A DNA stretch of 64,000 bases from Albugo candida (lineage: Eukaryota), in the NCBI GenBank assembly GCA_040437565.1, contig JBDOQK010000009.1, forward strand, positions 434,001 to 498,000. Reading direction: 5' to 3'. Below, one piece after another: positions 51,416 through 64,000 of this stretch. A program made the translations under genes and the position numbers. The notes beneath the pieces are model-generated. The model did not search any database and was not told where the DNA came from. It saw nothing but the letters and a program-made list of their open reading frames with translations. Positions within the stretch are counted from its first letter, which is position 1; the number at the start of each line of letters is the position of its first letter.

Positions 51416-54400
51416 TAGTGCAGAACATCTGTAACCATCAACTATTTTAGGGGTCGTTCGAGCTGTATCACAGTCAGTAGAATTCAGTTTGATCAAAATC
51501 TGGCTCTGTCACAGGAAACTAGAGATAGAAAGCTATAAGATTACAGAGCAGATTTATGTTTGCTTTATTTTCGGCGAAGAAATGGGATTCTAAAACCGAC
51601 AGATTTATAGGGATTTGGCTCAAGCAGCATCATTTTGGCCGGACCAAAAATGAACCCCAAAAATAGAATAGCCAATCCGACGACACCAAATCTTATAGTA
51701 CCGCTAATCAGATCGCTCAACGTCAAGCTTATCAAGAACGTATATAATCACTTAGCACCTGTAAAAACACTCGATCCCCGTTGCTATTTAATTACAGATA
51801 CACTTTTTTTTAAAGATCATATGTAAAATTCATTCATTCATTGCCCCAATCACGTTGATGTCCATCATGATAGAGTTGGGAACTCGACGGTGGGATCGGT
51901 ATTTCTTCACGGCGTATTCAGCAGCCTTCCCCGTCAAATCCTTCCGGTATACATCCATGTATCGAAAACATTTCTGTGCATGGCGTCGAATGGTTTGAGG
52001 GGGACGGATTCCAGATCCTTAGGAACTGTGCCAAAAAGGCCTTTCCAGCTGTAGTCGCAGTTTCTGCGAGCATAAAGCTTGGCAGCACCTCAAAAGTTCT
52101 CAATGAAGTTTAACTCATAGTGAAACTTTGGCTAAAATCTTATCATGTGTCCAGCAGCAACGTTTAGTTCTTTCAGCATGCATTTCTGCTCCATGAAGTT
52201 ATGTTCGTGGTCAATCGTATTTCTTGCTCAGCACATTGTTGAGCCAAGGCACTTGTCATTGCAACGGAGGCGCATTCCATCTTTCCACAGTCCTCTCTCA
52301 GTTAAGACCACTTTCAATCCCTTTGGCAACCCTTGTAGAGATAGAAGGGTTAAAAAACATGATTCAATGGATAGCCTTTCAACTCAATCGCTCTTTCACC
52401 TCGAAGAGTAACATCAGGATGAGTTTCAGGGAAACACATTGGATTGATTGTGCCATCTTTTATTCTTCCATTGCGCATCTTCGGCTGTTTCCCACCCGTT
52501 CCCAAATTCATCTTCTCTCGACAAGGGCATCAGTAGCAAATGCAGCATGAATTGCAGCATTGTCAAATGCAGCATGAATTGCAGCATTGTCAAATGCAAA
52601 GAGGGCTTTGGATGTGGGGTACTGTGCCTCAAAGATTGGAATTGCACGATCTCTCACCTGTTTGAAAAGATCTCCACAAGTCCACCACCCTCTCATAATT
52701 CTTGCCAGTAGGCATAATAACACACGCTTCCTTTGGAACGCTGGGATGCTCGAGCTGCTTCAGATCACTCAGTGATAGGCGACCCTCACATCAGACAAAA
52801 ATTCGCTGACATGGATTGATCTTCCAGCTCCTTTTTTCGAAGTGGTTGCTGACCATCCTGCAGCCATAGATTCTTCTGTCCATCGTGTGCCGCGAAGGTG
52901 CTTTCATCGTGTGTTACAAGAATGATCGGCTCTCCCACTGGCCAGGTTTCACTATCCATCTCCTTCTCTGAGATAATTGGCATCTGCACTTCAAGATCCG
53001 CCATGCGCTTCAAGAAGATAGTATGGTATTCGAGAACGTCGGGGCGTTCATGCCCATCCACGAACATTCCTTTGTGAGCTTCGGAATACTGTAGTTTCAG
53101 TCTCTGCATCCATCGGATTGCGGTTTTACCAGAAATCACTTTGTTGCTCTCTGCATTGGGAAGAATTTGATGATTCACTTGCTCAGCGGGGTCGATTTTG
53201 AACTTGTTCTGACGGAGATACAATCGCACCCTAGCAAGAAAATCTTCATCCATCGAAAGGCTGCGTGACTTGACATGTTAGCCTTGCTTGGTGTTCGGTA
53301 GATCACCAGTGGCGAGATACATGGCTCCCCAAGTGCGAAGCAATGAATAAAACCATGATCGTTTACCGACTGCCTGGGAAACGGCTCCCGAGGCTTGAAG
53401 CTTCTAAACAAATGAAGCATCATAAAACTAATGAAGTGTCAATGCAGCAAATCAACAACCTCAACTTACAGGATAGCCCTTTGAAGGAGACGGAAGTAAG
53501 ATGCGATAGCAGCCAGTCGTGCACGTTGATCTTTGTTGGTTTTCTGTTTGGCCTCCTGGTCAAGTTTCAACATTCCAGCGGCCAGGTGTCCCTCGTTCTT
53601 GTCATCAATTTTGTTATCATCCTCATCCTCGTCATCAGTTTGTCTGCTTTCGTTCTCATTGTCTGAACCAGCTTGAGCATCCTAATTGATAAACTGAAAT
53701 ATGTCTCGAGTCGGCGAGAACCAAGTGCAGCATTGCGGTTTTCTGCAAGTTTCGTCGTTGAGAACGGCTCGAGTTCCCAATTTACCGACCCGGACGATTC
53801 CAAATAAAGTGTAATTTCAGTGCCGCAGAGTCTGCCTGATTATCAGTGAAACCCTCAGCCTCTTCGACCTCAAGCTATGAATCTTCGTCCACCTCCATAT
53901 CAGCAAGCCAAAAAATTGGCTTATTGAAATCGGGAGGATGGCCAAGTCCAGTTGCAGCTGATGTGAACGTTTTGTGGGTGGTGCCATTGTGGTGGTAGCG
54001 ACGGGGTGCAATGATGATTGTAAGGTGAATGCGGAAAAGAAAAATAACCAGGAAATATATTATATATGATTATTTCGACATTGATCTACACTAATCCTGA
54101 TTGGCTGAAACCCAAGTATAGGCTGCATAAAATTAAAATTTAGAATTTGGCCGCGAAAAATCAGGAGTTGATGGTTGTAGGTGTCTCGCACTATAGATAC
54201 TTTGCACGGCTGCTTAGCACTTCAAAGAAATGATTCTCATCATAGCCTTTTCCATCTTCGGCACCACAAGCTCCATGTCTTCTGTTCTTGCTACTACTAC
54301 AGTAGGATTCATCACGTGAGGCAGTAGTAACTTCCCCGAGAGGGTCCCTACCAGCTCAGTCGGTTAAGCACTTGAGCGCACGGACCCCCTGCCGAAGGTC

Positions 54401-54835
54401 GTTAGTTCGATCCCCGGCAGTGTGGGCAGCGGTCTGAGCCCACCCAAGCAATAAGCTTGAAAAATATCTGCCTCCCTAGGTTTGAAGTCAGACTTGATGA
54501 TATTCACACGGTCAGGGGCTCATGATAGGATAAGGAAGGTAGTTAAAGAACCAGATAAACAGTNNNNNNNNNNNNNNNNNNNNNNNNNNNNNNNNNNNNN
54601 NNNNNNNNNNNNNNNNNNNNNNNNNNNNNNNNNNNNNNNNNNNNNNNNNNNNNNNNNNNNNNNGAAAATAACCAAGAAATATATTATATATAATTTTTTC
54701 GACATTGATCTACACTAATCCTGATTGGCTAAAAACCAAGTTTTTGTCAGGTTAAGAGTATAGGCTACATAAAATTAAAATTCCGAATTTGGCCGCGAAA
54801 AATCAGGAGTTGATGGTTATAGGTGTCTCGCACTA
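51416..54835 (-). mobile_element. IS630-Tc1-mariner-like DNA transposon with TIRs and TA target site; transposase pseudogene at ~51850-53990
   Basis: Left TIR TA|TAGTGCAGAACATCTGTAACCATCAACT is the inverse of right TIR AGTTGATGGTT(G/A)TAGGTGTCTCGCACTA|TA, which occurs ending at 54193 and at 54835. Transposase motifs DGHERPDV, THDESTF, FDNAAIH and PKFHYELNFIENF*G. Confidence 0.85.
54345..54563 (+). mobile_element. tRNA-derived SINE-like repeat with intact 5' head (3' end lost in gap)
   Basis: Pol III A-box-like CAGCTCAGTCGG (54352) and B-box GTTCGATCC (54405), followed by a body shared with 23645-23850. Confidence 0.65.
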
Positions 54836-56554
54836 TATGGGTCATTCTAACTGCCTCTCAAAGAAGGCTATGAAATACTTGGAGATTGTTCGGGGCTGTC
54901 GTTCGTCTTGGCCGAGAAGACACAACAGTAATTGATACGATAGTCTCCGAAGCGCTCACCATGGACCGGTTCCAAGTTAGTCTTTTTGTATCATTGACCC
55001 CATGAGGTCGGAGTAGAAGCAACCACCGATTACGTCGATCGATGAGCTGTTTTTCGAATTTTTCCTTGTACGGACGATTCTTCGTTTGCTTTTCTTCTAC
55101 GCTGGCTAATTAAATCGCATTTTTATATCCACAGTGGCGATCTCTCAGGCCAGCTCTATCGCTGTCTGGAGACTCGTATTGTTTATCAGGAGCTCAAGAT
55201 TCTTATGGGATTGCATCAGCAATCACCGCTGCACATCCTTCCCAATTGCTGCCTCATTTTCGGCCAAAACCGACAGAAGTATATTTGTCCGCGCACCAAC
55301 AGCACGTGGTTCAAGTACTAAATTTTTTTTATCTTTATACTTTTTAATATTCGATGTTTAATAGCGCTTGTCCTCTTTCAGTTCTGTGACCGTGTGAGGC
55401 TGTCCGTGAAACGCTATCCCGAGATTTTCCTCAGACAATCCGTAGTAGGGCATGTTTCAGGGCTTTCCACGTAGTACTCGCGATTGATAACAGTAAGAAT
55501 GGCATCATCACCCTTGGTTAAACACAAGTATTTGCCCCAGTGCGTGCCATTTTTAGGTGGTGTTAGCACTCCTGTTGAATGCTGGAAGTGTGAAAGCCTT
55601 TTCGGTCTGTGGCAGGTAGTTTGCCGCGCTAAGTAAATACATATTTCCAGATTTAGGACAAATCGTGGCATTATTTGGCCTGTTGATCATCTCCACTGGT
55701 AAAATTAAGCTCATAGTAAGAGAATTCATATGTGTTAACGATTCGGTACATTGACAAATATTGCTACGAGAAAGTTCACTGGGAGCTATTTAAAAGCTCG
55801 ATCAAGATAGAGTCATTGATTGTCGAATTTACTTGTAGATGTCATTCATTTCAAGCATCCTCCAATAAAAGGATAGAAAGTCTGCCGGATGTACTACCGT
55901 TCATAGAATATGAGAAAGCTTGAATCATAACGGAAACTCACTAGAGGCAAATTAATAAAGTTTGCAACGTATTGCTCCAAGTAGTGAGAAATTGCTATAC
56001 TTTTGTTGAAAAGAAATGGACCCTCGCTGGNNNNNNNNNNNNNNNNNNNNNNNNNNNNNNNNNNNNNNNNNNNNNNNNNNNNNNNNNNNNNNNNNNNNNN
56101 NNNNNNNNNNNNNNNNNNNNNNNNNNNNNNTGCTGGAAGTGTGAAAGCCTTTTCGGTCTGTGGCAGGTAGTTTGCCGCGCTAAGTAAATACATATTTCCA
56201 GATTTAGGACAAATCGTGGCATTATTTGGCCTGTTGATCATCTCCACTGGTAAAATTAAGCTCATAGTAAGAGAATTCATATGTGTTAACGATTCGGTAC
56301 ATTGACAAATATTGCTACGAGAAAGTTCACTGGGAGCTATTTAAAAGCTCGATCAAGATAGAGTCATTGATTGTCGAATTTACTTGTAGATGTCATTCAT
56401 TTCAAGCATCCTCCAATAAAAGGATAGAAAGTCTGCCGGATGTACTACCGTTCATAGAATATGAGAAAGCTTGAATCATAACGGAAACTCACTAGAGGCA
56501 AATTAATAAAGTTTGCAACGTATTGCTCCAAGTAGTGAGAAATTGCTATACTTT

Positions 56555-58590
56555 TGTTGAAAAGAAATGGACCCTCGCTGGTTCGAGACACATCAGGCAT
56601 CCGGTTTCACGGTATACTCATGACATGGGTGGTACGTCAGGCATAGGGACGGTACGCACCAGGTCAGGCTACGTGTAGAGAAAGGTCGAGTAGAGAAATA
56701 AAGATAATATACTCACTTCGGCAGGTACCACCAATCAAGTACCTTACCCTTCATTTTGGTAAATTGATAGGTTATGACCCAATGGATCAAACTGCTCTGA
56801 ATCAATCCCAAGTGACGCGCACGTCCCAATACGACGAAGGCTGATGTAATTGATGACGGAGATGAAGGGGGACATCGGAGCTCGCCTCAACAGGCTAGAA
56901 GCTCGGAAGGTTGAGGGTGATCAATCATCTGTCGTGTCTGCAGGAAGCGACAACTTTTTTGCTTACGCGGAGGTGCTCACTGGACTCGATCGTATCATGA
57001 CGTTGGCCTCTCTTAAAGACGAAGTCACGCCAAGGCCATAGCAACAGCATCCAGCAGGAAATAGGCAACAAAGGCACCTGGAGCGAGATTGGTACTAGTA
57101 ATACACGCACAGCCGTCACAAGAAGCCGCATACAGACAGGCACAAGCACCAACGTACCTTGCTGCCCAAGGCAGCCGCGATCAGAGATGCGAAGTTGGCA
57201 ATTGAGAGCCTCGAGGGCAAGGAAGTGTACCCTGGTTTTGGTGCTGAATCTGCTCCTTGGNNNNNNNNNNNNNNNNNNNNNNNNNNNNNNNNNNNNNNNN
57301 NNNNNNNNNNNNNNNNNNNNNNNNNNNNNNNNNNNNNNNNNNNNNNNNNNNNNNNNNNNNGACACATGTACAAAGCTGACGGCTACGGTCAAAATGTCTT
57401 GGTCTGTCGTAGGTGTGTATGTCGATGACTTACTAGTGAAGGGAAGATCGAAGAAGCAAGTTGACGAAGTATTCAAAATTTTAGCAAGGTTGCAGATAAA
57501 GTACCTTGGAATTGTGAAAAAGGATCTGGTTATGATAATTTCTCAAGCGTCTATCGACGAAATGATTTCGAAGTTTGGGCCCCAAGATGCACATTTTTAA
57601 CCACCTCTATTGGACTTGATTATGGCAACGATTTGCGCGAGGTAGACCCACTGCTTCCTAATTAGAATATGCATGGATCTGCATCGGTGCAGAATTTTCC
57701 AGTCGCTGTGGGCTCACTACTATGTCTAGCACGGTGCACGCGCCCCTGACATAGCTTATGCGGTACACCGAGCAAGTCGCCTAACACATGCACCAACTAT
57801 ATATGACTGGCAGCTGGCTAGGCAAATTGCACAGTACCTAAAGGGAACCAAGAACCTAAGCTCCGGCTTAAACATGAGGAAACTGTAGAAATCGCTACGG
57901 TTGAGCTTACAAGCAGCAGTCACGCTAATTTTGCTTGTTATAAAGTCGACCGCAAATCTATCAGCGGTGGGATATATTGCATGAATGGCATGTTTGTTGG
58001 AGGGAATTGCCGCAAGAAGACAGCCGTAGCACTATCCACCATGAAAGCAGAGTTCGCTTCGGCTATACACGCAGGACAGAAATTATTGGGGTTATGTGAG
58101 CTACTTGCTGAATTGGATTTCAAGTTTGCATTGCCGATGACTATGGAGATGTATATCAAGCGGCAATCTGTCAATCGGAAAATGAATCAAGCTGAAATTT
58201 CTTAGGGATTATGCTAAGAAAGGTCTGTGTTCATCCGTTACGAAACGATGGCTGCTGACCTGCTAACGAGAGCCTTCAGCACTGTCCGGTTGCGAGACCT
58301 GATAAAACTGTGCTCGCTAGGTCAAGGAATGGAACGTGGTGGCGGTGATACGTGCACGCGACGCCGTGAGGGAGGAGTGTTGTAAAGAGATGTACCCTCG
58401 CTGGGTTCGAGACACAGCAGGCATCCAGTTTCGCGTATTCACGACGTGGGTTGTACGTCAGGGAAAGAGACGATACGCACCAGGTCAGGCTACGTGTAGA
58501 GAAAGATCGAGTAGAGAAATAAGGATAATATACTCACTTCGGCAGCTACAATCAATCAAGTAGCTTACCCTTCCTTTTGGTAAATTGACA
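56555..58590 (+). mobile_element. Ty1/Copia LTR retrotransposon, internal region mostly lost in a gap
   Basis: LTRs 56555-56769 and 58378-58590 (TGTTG...TGATA/TGACA), perfect TSD ACTTT, PBS GGTTATGACCCA, PPT GAGGGAGGAG. RT YVDDLL; RNase H DRKSISG, VALSTMKAEF, ADLLTRA. Confidence 0.95.
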
Positions 58591-60299
58591 ACTTTATTGG
58601 GGGCTCGATCGGCTGTAAACTCTCTGAAACAGTGTATGCATTGTGATAATGCTGCTTCTCACATTATAAAGCATTATAAGACACTTGGCCCGCTCAGCGA
58701 AGCGCACGATATCGTGGAGGAGAAGGTTTTTTCCCTCACCATTACAAAGTTTGCTTGAGGTCAAGAGACAACACTAATGGTTGAATCAATTTCGTTTAAG
58801 ATTTTTCAGCTCAGTAAACACTCTAATGCTCTGCGCAGGAGTGCCTTTGGTTGCGAAATTATGCATTACTCCGGTGTTGAATGCTCCAGCCATCAGCTCT
58901 TAAGGAATCACATCCCCTTCTACGTCTTCATCTTAAGGATTGTTCTCTTGAACTTACGGTTCCTGCAGAAGCGAATTTTTAAGACCAAAACACCGCTGAT
59001 CAATCCCCGTTACAGCTTTATTTCGTCAAACGACCTGCATTTACTTTCTGGTGTCTGGTCCGCATGAAAAGCGCACGCCACCATGCTGATGTGAGGGCGT
59101 CTGGGGATACATTTGTAATTGGATACTGTTTTGTCTAGTGCAGGATATAGAGCCCCATTCATTCGACATTTGCAGCTTCGTTTAAATATGCCTGGCTGAC
59201 ACAAAAGTGAGTATCCAGCAATATCCGGGAAACCTTCTTTATGATAGGTGTGATGTCACCACCTCCCTGGATAGAGACTCCCCAATAGGTGAAGCAAAAA
59301 TTCTTGGCTTTATCTTACCCTCACCGCGTCATTCTTGCGACGCCTATATGCGTTTCACACCCACAGTGAGGATCGTGAGCATGTGCAAAATCTTGTCCTG
59401 CATACCCATTATTCCATCCGTGTTGACTTCTTCTTTTTCTTCATTCTTGGCTGTTCTTTCGCGATTGTCGGCATTCCTTGCCTTCTCGCGGCCATCTCCC
59501 GCGTCGATAGCATTCACTGCTGGGGCCGTAATCTGTTGATTTTTAAGATTCAAATCTCAAAAACTAAAGTAAGCATAAGTTTAGCCACCTCGTTTCTATA
59601 CTTTTTCTCTTCTGCGACCCACGCTTCCCATGATGGTCAGTGGCTTACGCAGCACCGATTTGAGAGCGGTTAGCCGAAAATATGCATTCCCGTCGAATTC
59701 CGATAGATTCATACTCGGCCGTGCCTTTGTGGTGTCTGCACACATTGAAGCAAGTATGGTTCGTGAAAAATTATACATTCGCCTTCACTGGAAAGGCTGA
59801 TTCTTGACGTTCGACTCGGTGTAGTTGAGTCGACCTGCTGTCAGGTGAGTAAACTACGCACTCCATTTGAAAATAACAAAGCTGGTTTAACTATTTCTTG
59901 ATAAAATTACGGTTACTATATGTGACTTGAATCTCAGGACGTAATAATATTAAGTCTATTCAGCTCTTCTTTCAATTTGATGCACTAGAATTGATGTCGT
60001 CCTCAACTTGCATCATCATTCTCATAACTGCCGTAAATCTCATAGCTGCCGAAACCTTAGTGTAGTAAACACCTTTGATTGTCGGCGTATATCTTCGGGG
60101 TATGCACGTGCCTCGGTGCGATTACTTGTCGGACCATGTATGCCTGTTGTACTTTAGGTGCACTGTGTTGTGTTTGACCTCTATTGACGTACTGATAGCC
60201 ACGTGATATATCATTCACAGTATCGTTGCCTCTTCGTCGTAACTCCTAACTATCTGAACAATTTACTTGATCCAGTTAACTTTTTCACCGCCGTTCTAC

Positions 60300-63200
60300 A
60301 AACCCTACTTTCAAAGTCGATAATGAGACTGGATTCTGCCTCTTGCGCTTACAGCTAATTGGCATTCGATAAAAAGGAATGCTGTATATGGAATGCGCTT
60401 TCTTGTTACATGATCTGCCGCATTATCACCGTAATATGCATCTCATAGCGCTTTTCCATCGTCAGAATGCTGCAACTTTGCAATCAAAACGTTTTGAGGG
60501 ATTTCTCGGGGCACGGTGCGCACTTAGCACCGAGATGAAATCTCAACAATTTCTACCTTTCTATATTTCACTACTCTAATACCCAGCGCCCAACTCACTG
60601 CTGATTATAAAGGAATATGTAGCATCCATTCGTGCACTGCGAAATATATGCCTGAAAGAGTGCATCGCGCAAACCATAAAAAGCTGCCCACAAAAGACTC
60701 AAATTTCTTGATAGTANNNNNNNNNNNNNNNNNNNNNNNNNNNNNNNNNNNNNNNNNNNNNNNNNNNNNNNNNNNNNNNNNNNNNNNNNNNNNNNNNNNN
60801 NNNNNNNNNNNNNNNNGATGAAATCTCAACAATTTCTACCTTTCTATATTTCACTACTCTAATACCCAGCGCCCAACTCACTGCTGATTATAAAGGAATA
60901 TGTAGCATCCATTCGTGCACTGCGAAATATATGCCTGAAAGAGTGCATCGCGCAAACCATAAAAAGCTGCCCACAAAAGACTCAAATTTCTTGATAGTAG
61001 GTGTCTTGGCTGTACTTACCGTCAAATTCTTAAAAGCTAATGCAAAAATATTAAAGTAATGCTGAACGGTAGGCCTAAGAGCCAAGTGCGCTTGATGTAA
61101 AGCATCTTCGCTATTAGTTCGCGTAGTTACGGCTTATGATCCAATGAATTCTCATCCTCTTCGCTGCAGTGAACTCGCATGCATAAACTCTTGCTGACCT
61201 GTTTCCTGCAGCACATATCGCTGGTACCAGTATATCTTTTACATGCACTCTCAGATTTTAATTCTATTTGAAGGTTGCTTGTGACGTAAACATGAGTCCG
61301 TGAGACTTTACGTCTTAGTTTCATGCTGTAAATACGGTTCTGTACCTCTAGTATCACTCGGTCGTTATACAAACATCGCGTTCCTTAGTCGATGCTTCAT
61401 TCCTTGAGTGACGCGCACATAAAATTCCATTTGTTTATGTTCTTTCCTCTACGTAAGCGTTAGGTACGGCTTCAATCCTTGCTAGCATATAATAGACCCT
61501 AGATAAACCTATTATGAGCTCCGGTGCTCTCAAGTTCATGACTTATGCAAATATACGACGTAAGTAAAACCGAATACTTTTAATTCTCACAGGAAAGCAT
61601 TATTGCGTCAAGCGCTCCAAATTGCCTTATGTATTCGCTTTTGGTTTAAATACCCACTTTTCCCCAAGTAATTGATTTCACCGGTTCTTGGAACGACGGT
61701 CCTTGTCTGATTTCCCGTAATTGAGGCTCGTTCTGCTTCTGCAGCCTCCTTGTATTTGACTTGCTTTTCTTACTTCATTGCTTGACTACACGTCTTCCGT
61801 CTGACTTGATTAATGCTTCCAGATTTTCTAGTGCTGCAATTTTTGTGGCATGGTCTCTGGCGACCTTCTATCTTCTTGGCTATTGACCCTCTTCTACGTG
61901 TGTAGCCCAACTCATAAGGGCCATGAAGAAGTTGATGTCCTTAGGAGTTTCAATGCCTGCATGTGTCAAATCACTTTGAGGAACCTTGAGATATTCATTT
62001 CCTCCATCCAAATTGCCTTCGCATGTCTTACATAATGAGTTACATACGCAGTCTCTGATTCGTGACAAACGATTCGCACATCTTGGTTTCATCGCATTGA
62101 TAGATGAGAGCTCCTCGTTGGCTTCGTATGCCACGACATCAATACGACTTGATTCCTTCCTGTTGAAAATCTATAAAGGTGACCGCCATCCTTGATCCGC
62201 TCTGCTTTGCAGATCTTCAAAACTATAACGTTAAAGAACTTCCTGATATCATTCCTTCACCAGTGTATTGAGCCATCTATGGACTCGTTTAGCTTTTTCA
62301 TAGGAGACTCAATTTCCCCTTTATTCTCAACCTGCTGATCTTTTTTCGTACTCCTATTTCCTTATGAAATATTTCGAAAGTATTGTGCTCTACGCTGCCA
62401 TTAAAGTAAATCAAGAGCTATTGGAAACTTTCAGCTGGTTCCGTCTTGGCAAAGACAAGTACACGCGACGAAGTAATGAAAAGTCGATGTGATGTACCAA
62501 ATATCGATTCAAATTTCTTAATGATTGATCCTATGAATTCCCTATATATCACTCACCAATTTGTTCCACTGGTGTATACCTGCATGTATCCTGTCGAGAC
62601 TTCGCTTCTTTTGTTTACTTACTTTCCGCTTCAGTAACACGTATTGCTTGCCGTTATCTATTTCTATGCATGATTTTGGAAGTTTTCTAATCCACACGAA
62701 AGTATCGTAGTTGAGATGATGAAACCGTTGATGGAATTGTAAAAGACCTCCCATCTTTTTGTTTGATTTGTTCACGGACCTAACTGAAGCCACTATATCA
62801 ATGACACTGGGGAGCGTTCTTGATCTTCTTTCTCAATAAAGAGGGCTTTTTCACCAGATTTCCTTCGAGCACAATCGTTCCTGCAGAGGTACGCTAGCCT
62901 TCTCTCAAACAATGCGGTTGATACCCATTTTCATCATTCGACTCCAGCTTGCATACGAGACAATATATCAGGTTACTCTAACTGAATGTTGCACATGAAT
63001 TAAGATTTCCCTCATTATTTCCGATCCTGTAGCAAGTCGAATTCAGTGAAGATACTCTCTGGATCCTCTGTCTTAGATGCACACTTTTTCCGTCGCTTCC
63101 ATTCGGGTATCTGAGAAGGATGTCTTCATTTCTAGAAGATCTCTTGTTCCGGCAATCTCTGTTCATATGCTTCTTTTTCCGCGACTGCATCGGTCTATTT

Positions 63201-63500
63201 GCTTCCTTAGCTTAAGCCCTTGACCGCACCTATACAGTATTTCTTGCTTCTCTTGGTGTATTACTGATGGCGTTATCTGAGTCTATAAGATCGCCCTAGT
63301 GACAAGAACCTTCGACTCGCCTTGTTATGCCTTCTATATCTGTACTAGCGCGGGACGTCAGAGCTTGTGCAAAGTGAAGACTTTCGTACGTCAAAACGCT
63401 TTCCACTAACACATCATCCTATCCAATGACTTTTAGCTTACTGCCGAGAAGAATAAACAGTGCTTGATCCACGAGTGTCCAGTCGTGGTATGCCGTAAAG
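60300..63500 (-). mobile_element. Degenerate Copia remnant
   Basis: HMNRDCRN knuckle remnant (~63160), FHQRFHHLNY GAG-pre-integrase (~62720) and RT FESFVGSFLWFARCT...FAVH (~60950). Confidence 0.75.
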
Positions 63501-64000
63501 AGCCGTTTTGCCTGATTGTTTGTGACGTGAACTATAAATACTTCGTTGATGCAATCCACCACTTTTACGATAAAGCGGTGACTCATCCACTGATTATTTG
63601 CTACTTGTTGTATCTTAGCGCTCTCCCACGAAGATATCGTCCTAGCACTTGACCTTCTCTATTCTACTTCATACCGTCGGGTTCTGTCTGGACATGCGAT
63701 AGTTGTCGCAAATGGCGCTATGAGTTATGATTATATTTCCTTCCCAAACGACGGCTGGAATGTGATATTCATATCTCTGGTTGCCGAAGAGCTGATTTGG
63801 TTTAGCCCGTACAGAGCATTGTTTTGCATGCCATGGACAAAAGCTCTCCTCCTCCCACTTCTTTGATGATGTATTGGTCCCAAATTTAGGGGTGGCATTG
63901 TCAAGATCTACCCTTGATTATTCTGAATAGCAAATACGCTCTCGGCTCGTGTTGCTGGTGTCAGTTTAGGCGAGCCGACGCTACGCTCGATTTCGATCTC

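Larger units (their letters stand above)
48690..55700 (-). mobile_element. Degenerate Copia element interrupted by a Tc1/mariner-like insertion
   Basis: Minus-strand motifs IGGCFYSDLMGSM (~55010), NYCCVFSAKT...FFERQ (~54870), IQVLRT (spanning the insertion), VERMNRTIVNMVRNM (~51290), and RNase H KHVDLRVNF and IAHLLTKA (48700-48810). Confidence 0.75.
2665..60816. other. Sixteen 100-N scaffold gaps, most flanked by overlapping duplicated contig ends
   Basis: Gaps start at 2665, 6862, 7387, 9046, 17997, 20738, 22466, 23377, 25687, 33409, 38780, 41391, 54564, 56031, 57261 and 60717. Example duplicates: 16674-17996 = 18097-19419, 32543-33408 = 33509-34374, 37679-38779 = 38880-39980. Confidence 0.95.

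Noticed and set aside
54345-54426. Functional tRNA gene
   Set aside because: It has A/B-box-like sequences but no canonical anticodon and T stems, and it continues into a dispersed repeat body. It is better explained as a SINE head.
1-64000. CRISPR arrays, operons or prokaryotic defence systems
   Set aside because: The sequence is intron-containing eukaryotic DNA, and no regularly spaced repeat-spacer array was seen.

Overview
Eukaryotic scaffold segment, most likely from an oomycete and probably Albugo (white rust). This is inferred from the ~48-67 nt GT-AG introns, an oomycete-type INR/FPR promoter and a CCG (CxxCxxxxxG) effector-like gene. The window has two compartments. 1-16.6 kb is gene-rich: a CIPK/SnRK3-like kinase with a NAF motif, a 599-aa secreted multi-module CCG effector candidate, an HPS5/TECPR2-like WD40 protein with a C-terminal RING-like finger, and SEH1. 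Decayed Cys-rich sequence flanks the effector. 16.6-64 kb is a nested transposon graveyard of Copia and Gypsy LTR elements, a solo LTR, Mutator-like TIR elements, a Tc1/mariner-like element and a tRNA-derived SINE-like repeat. One intact orphan ORF with a likely signal peptide (30508-31299) survives there. Sixteen 100-N gaps, most flanked by duplicated sequence, are assembly artefacts. All calls were made by eye, with no database searches.
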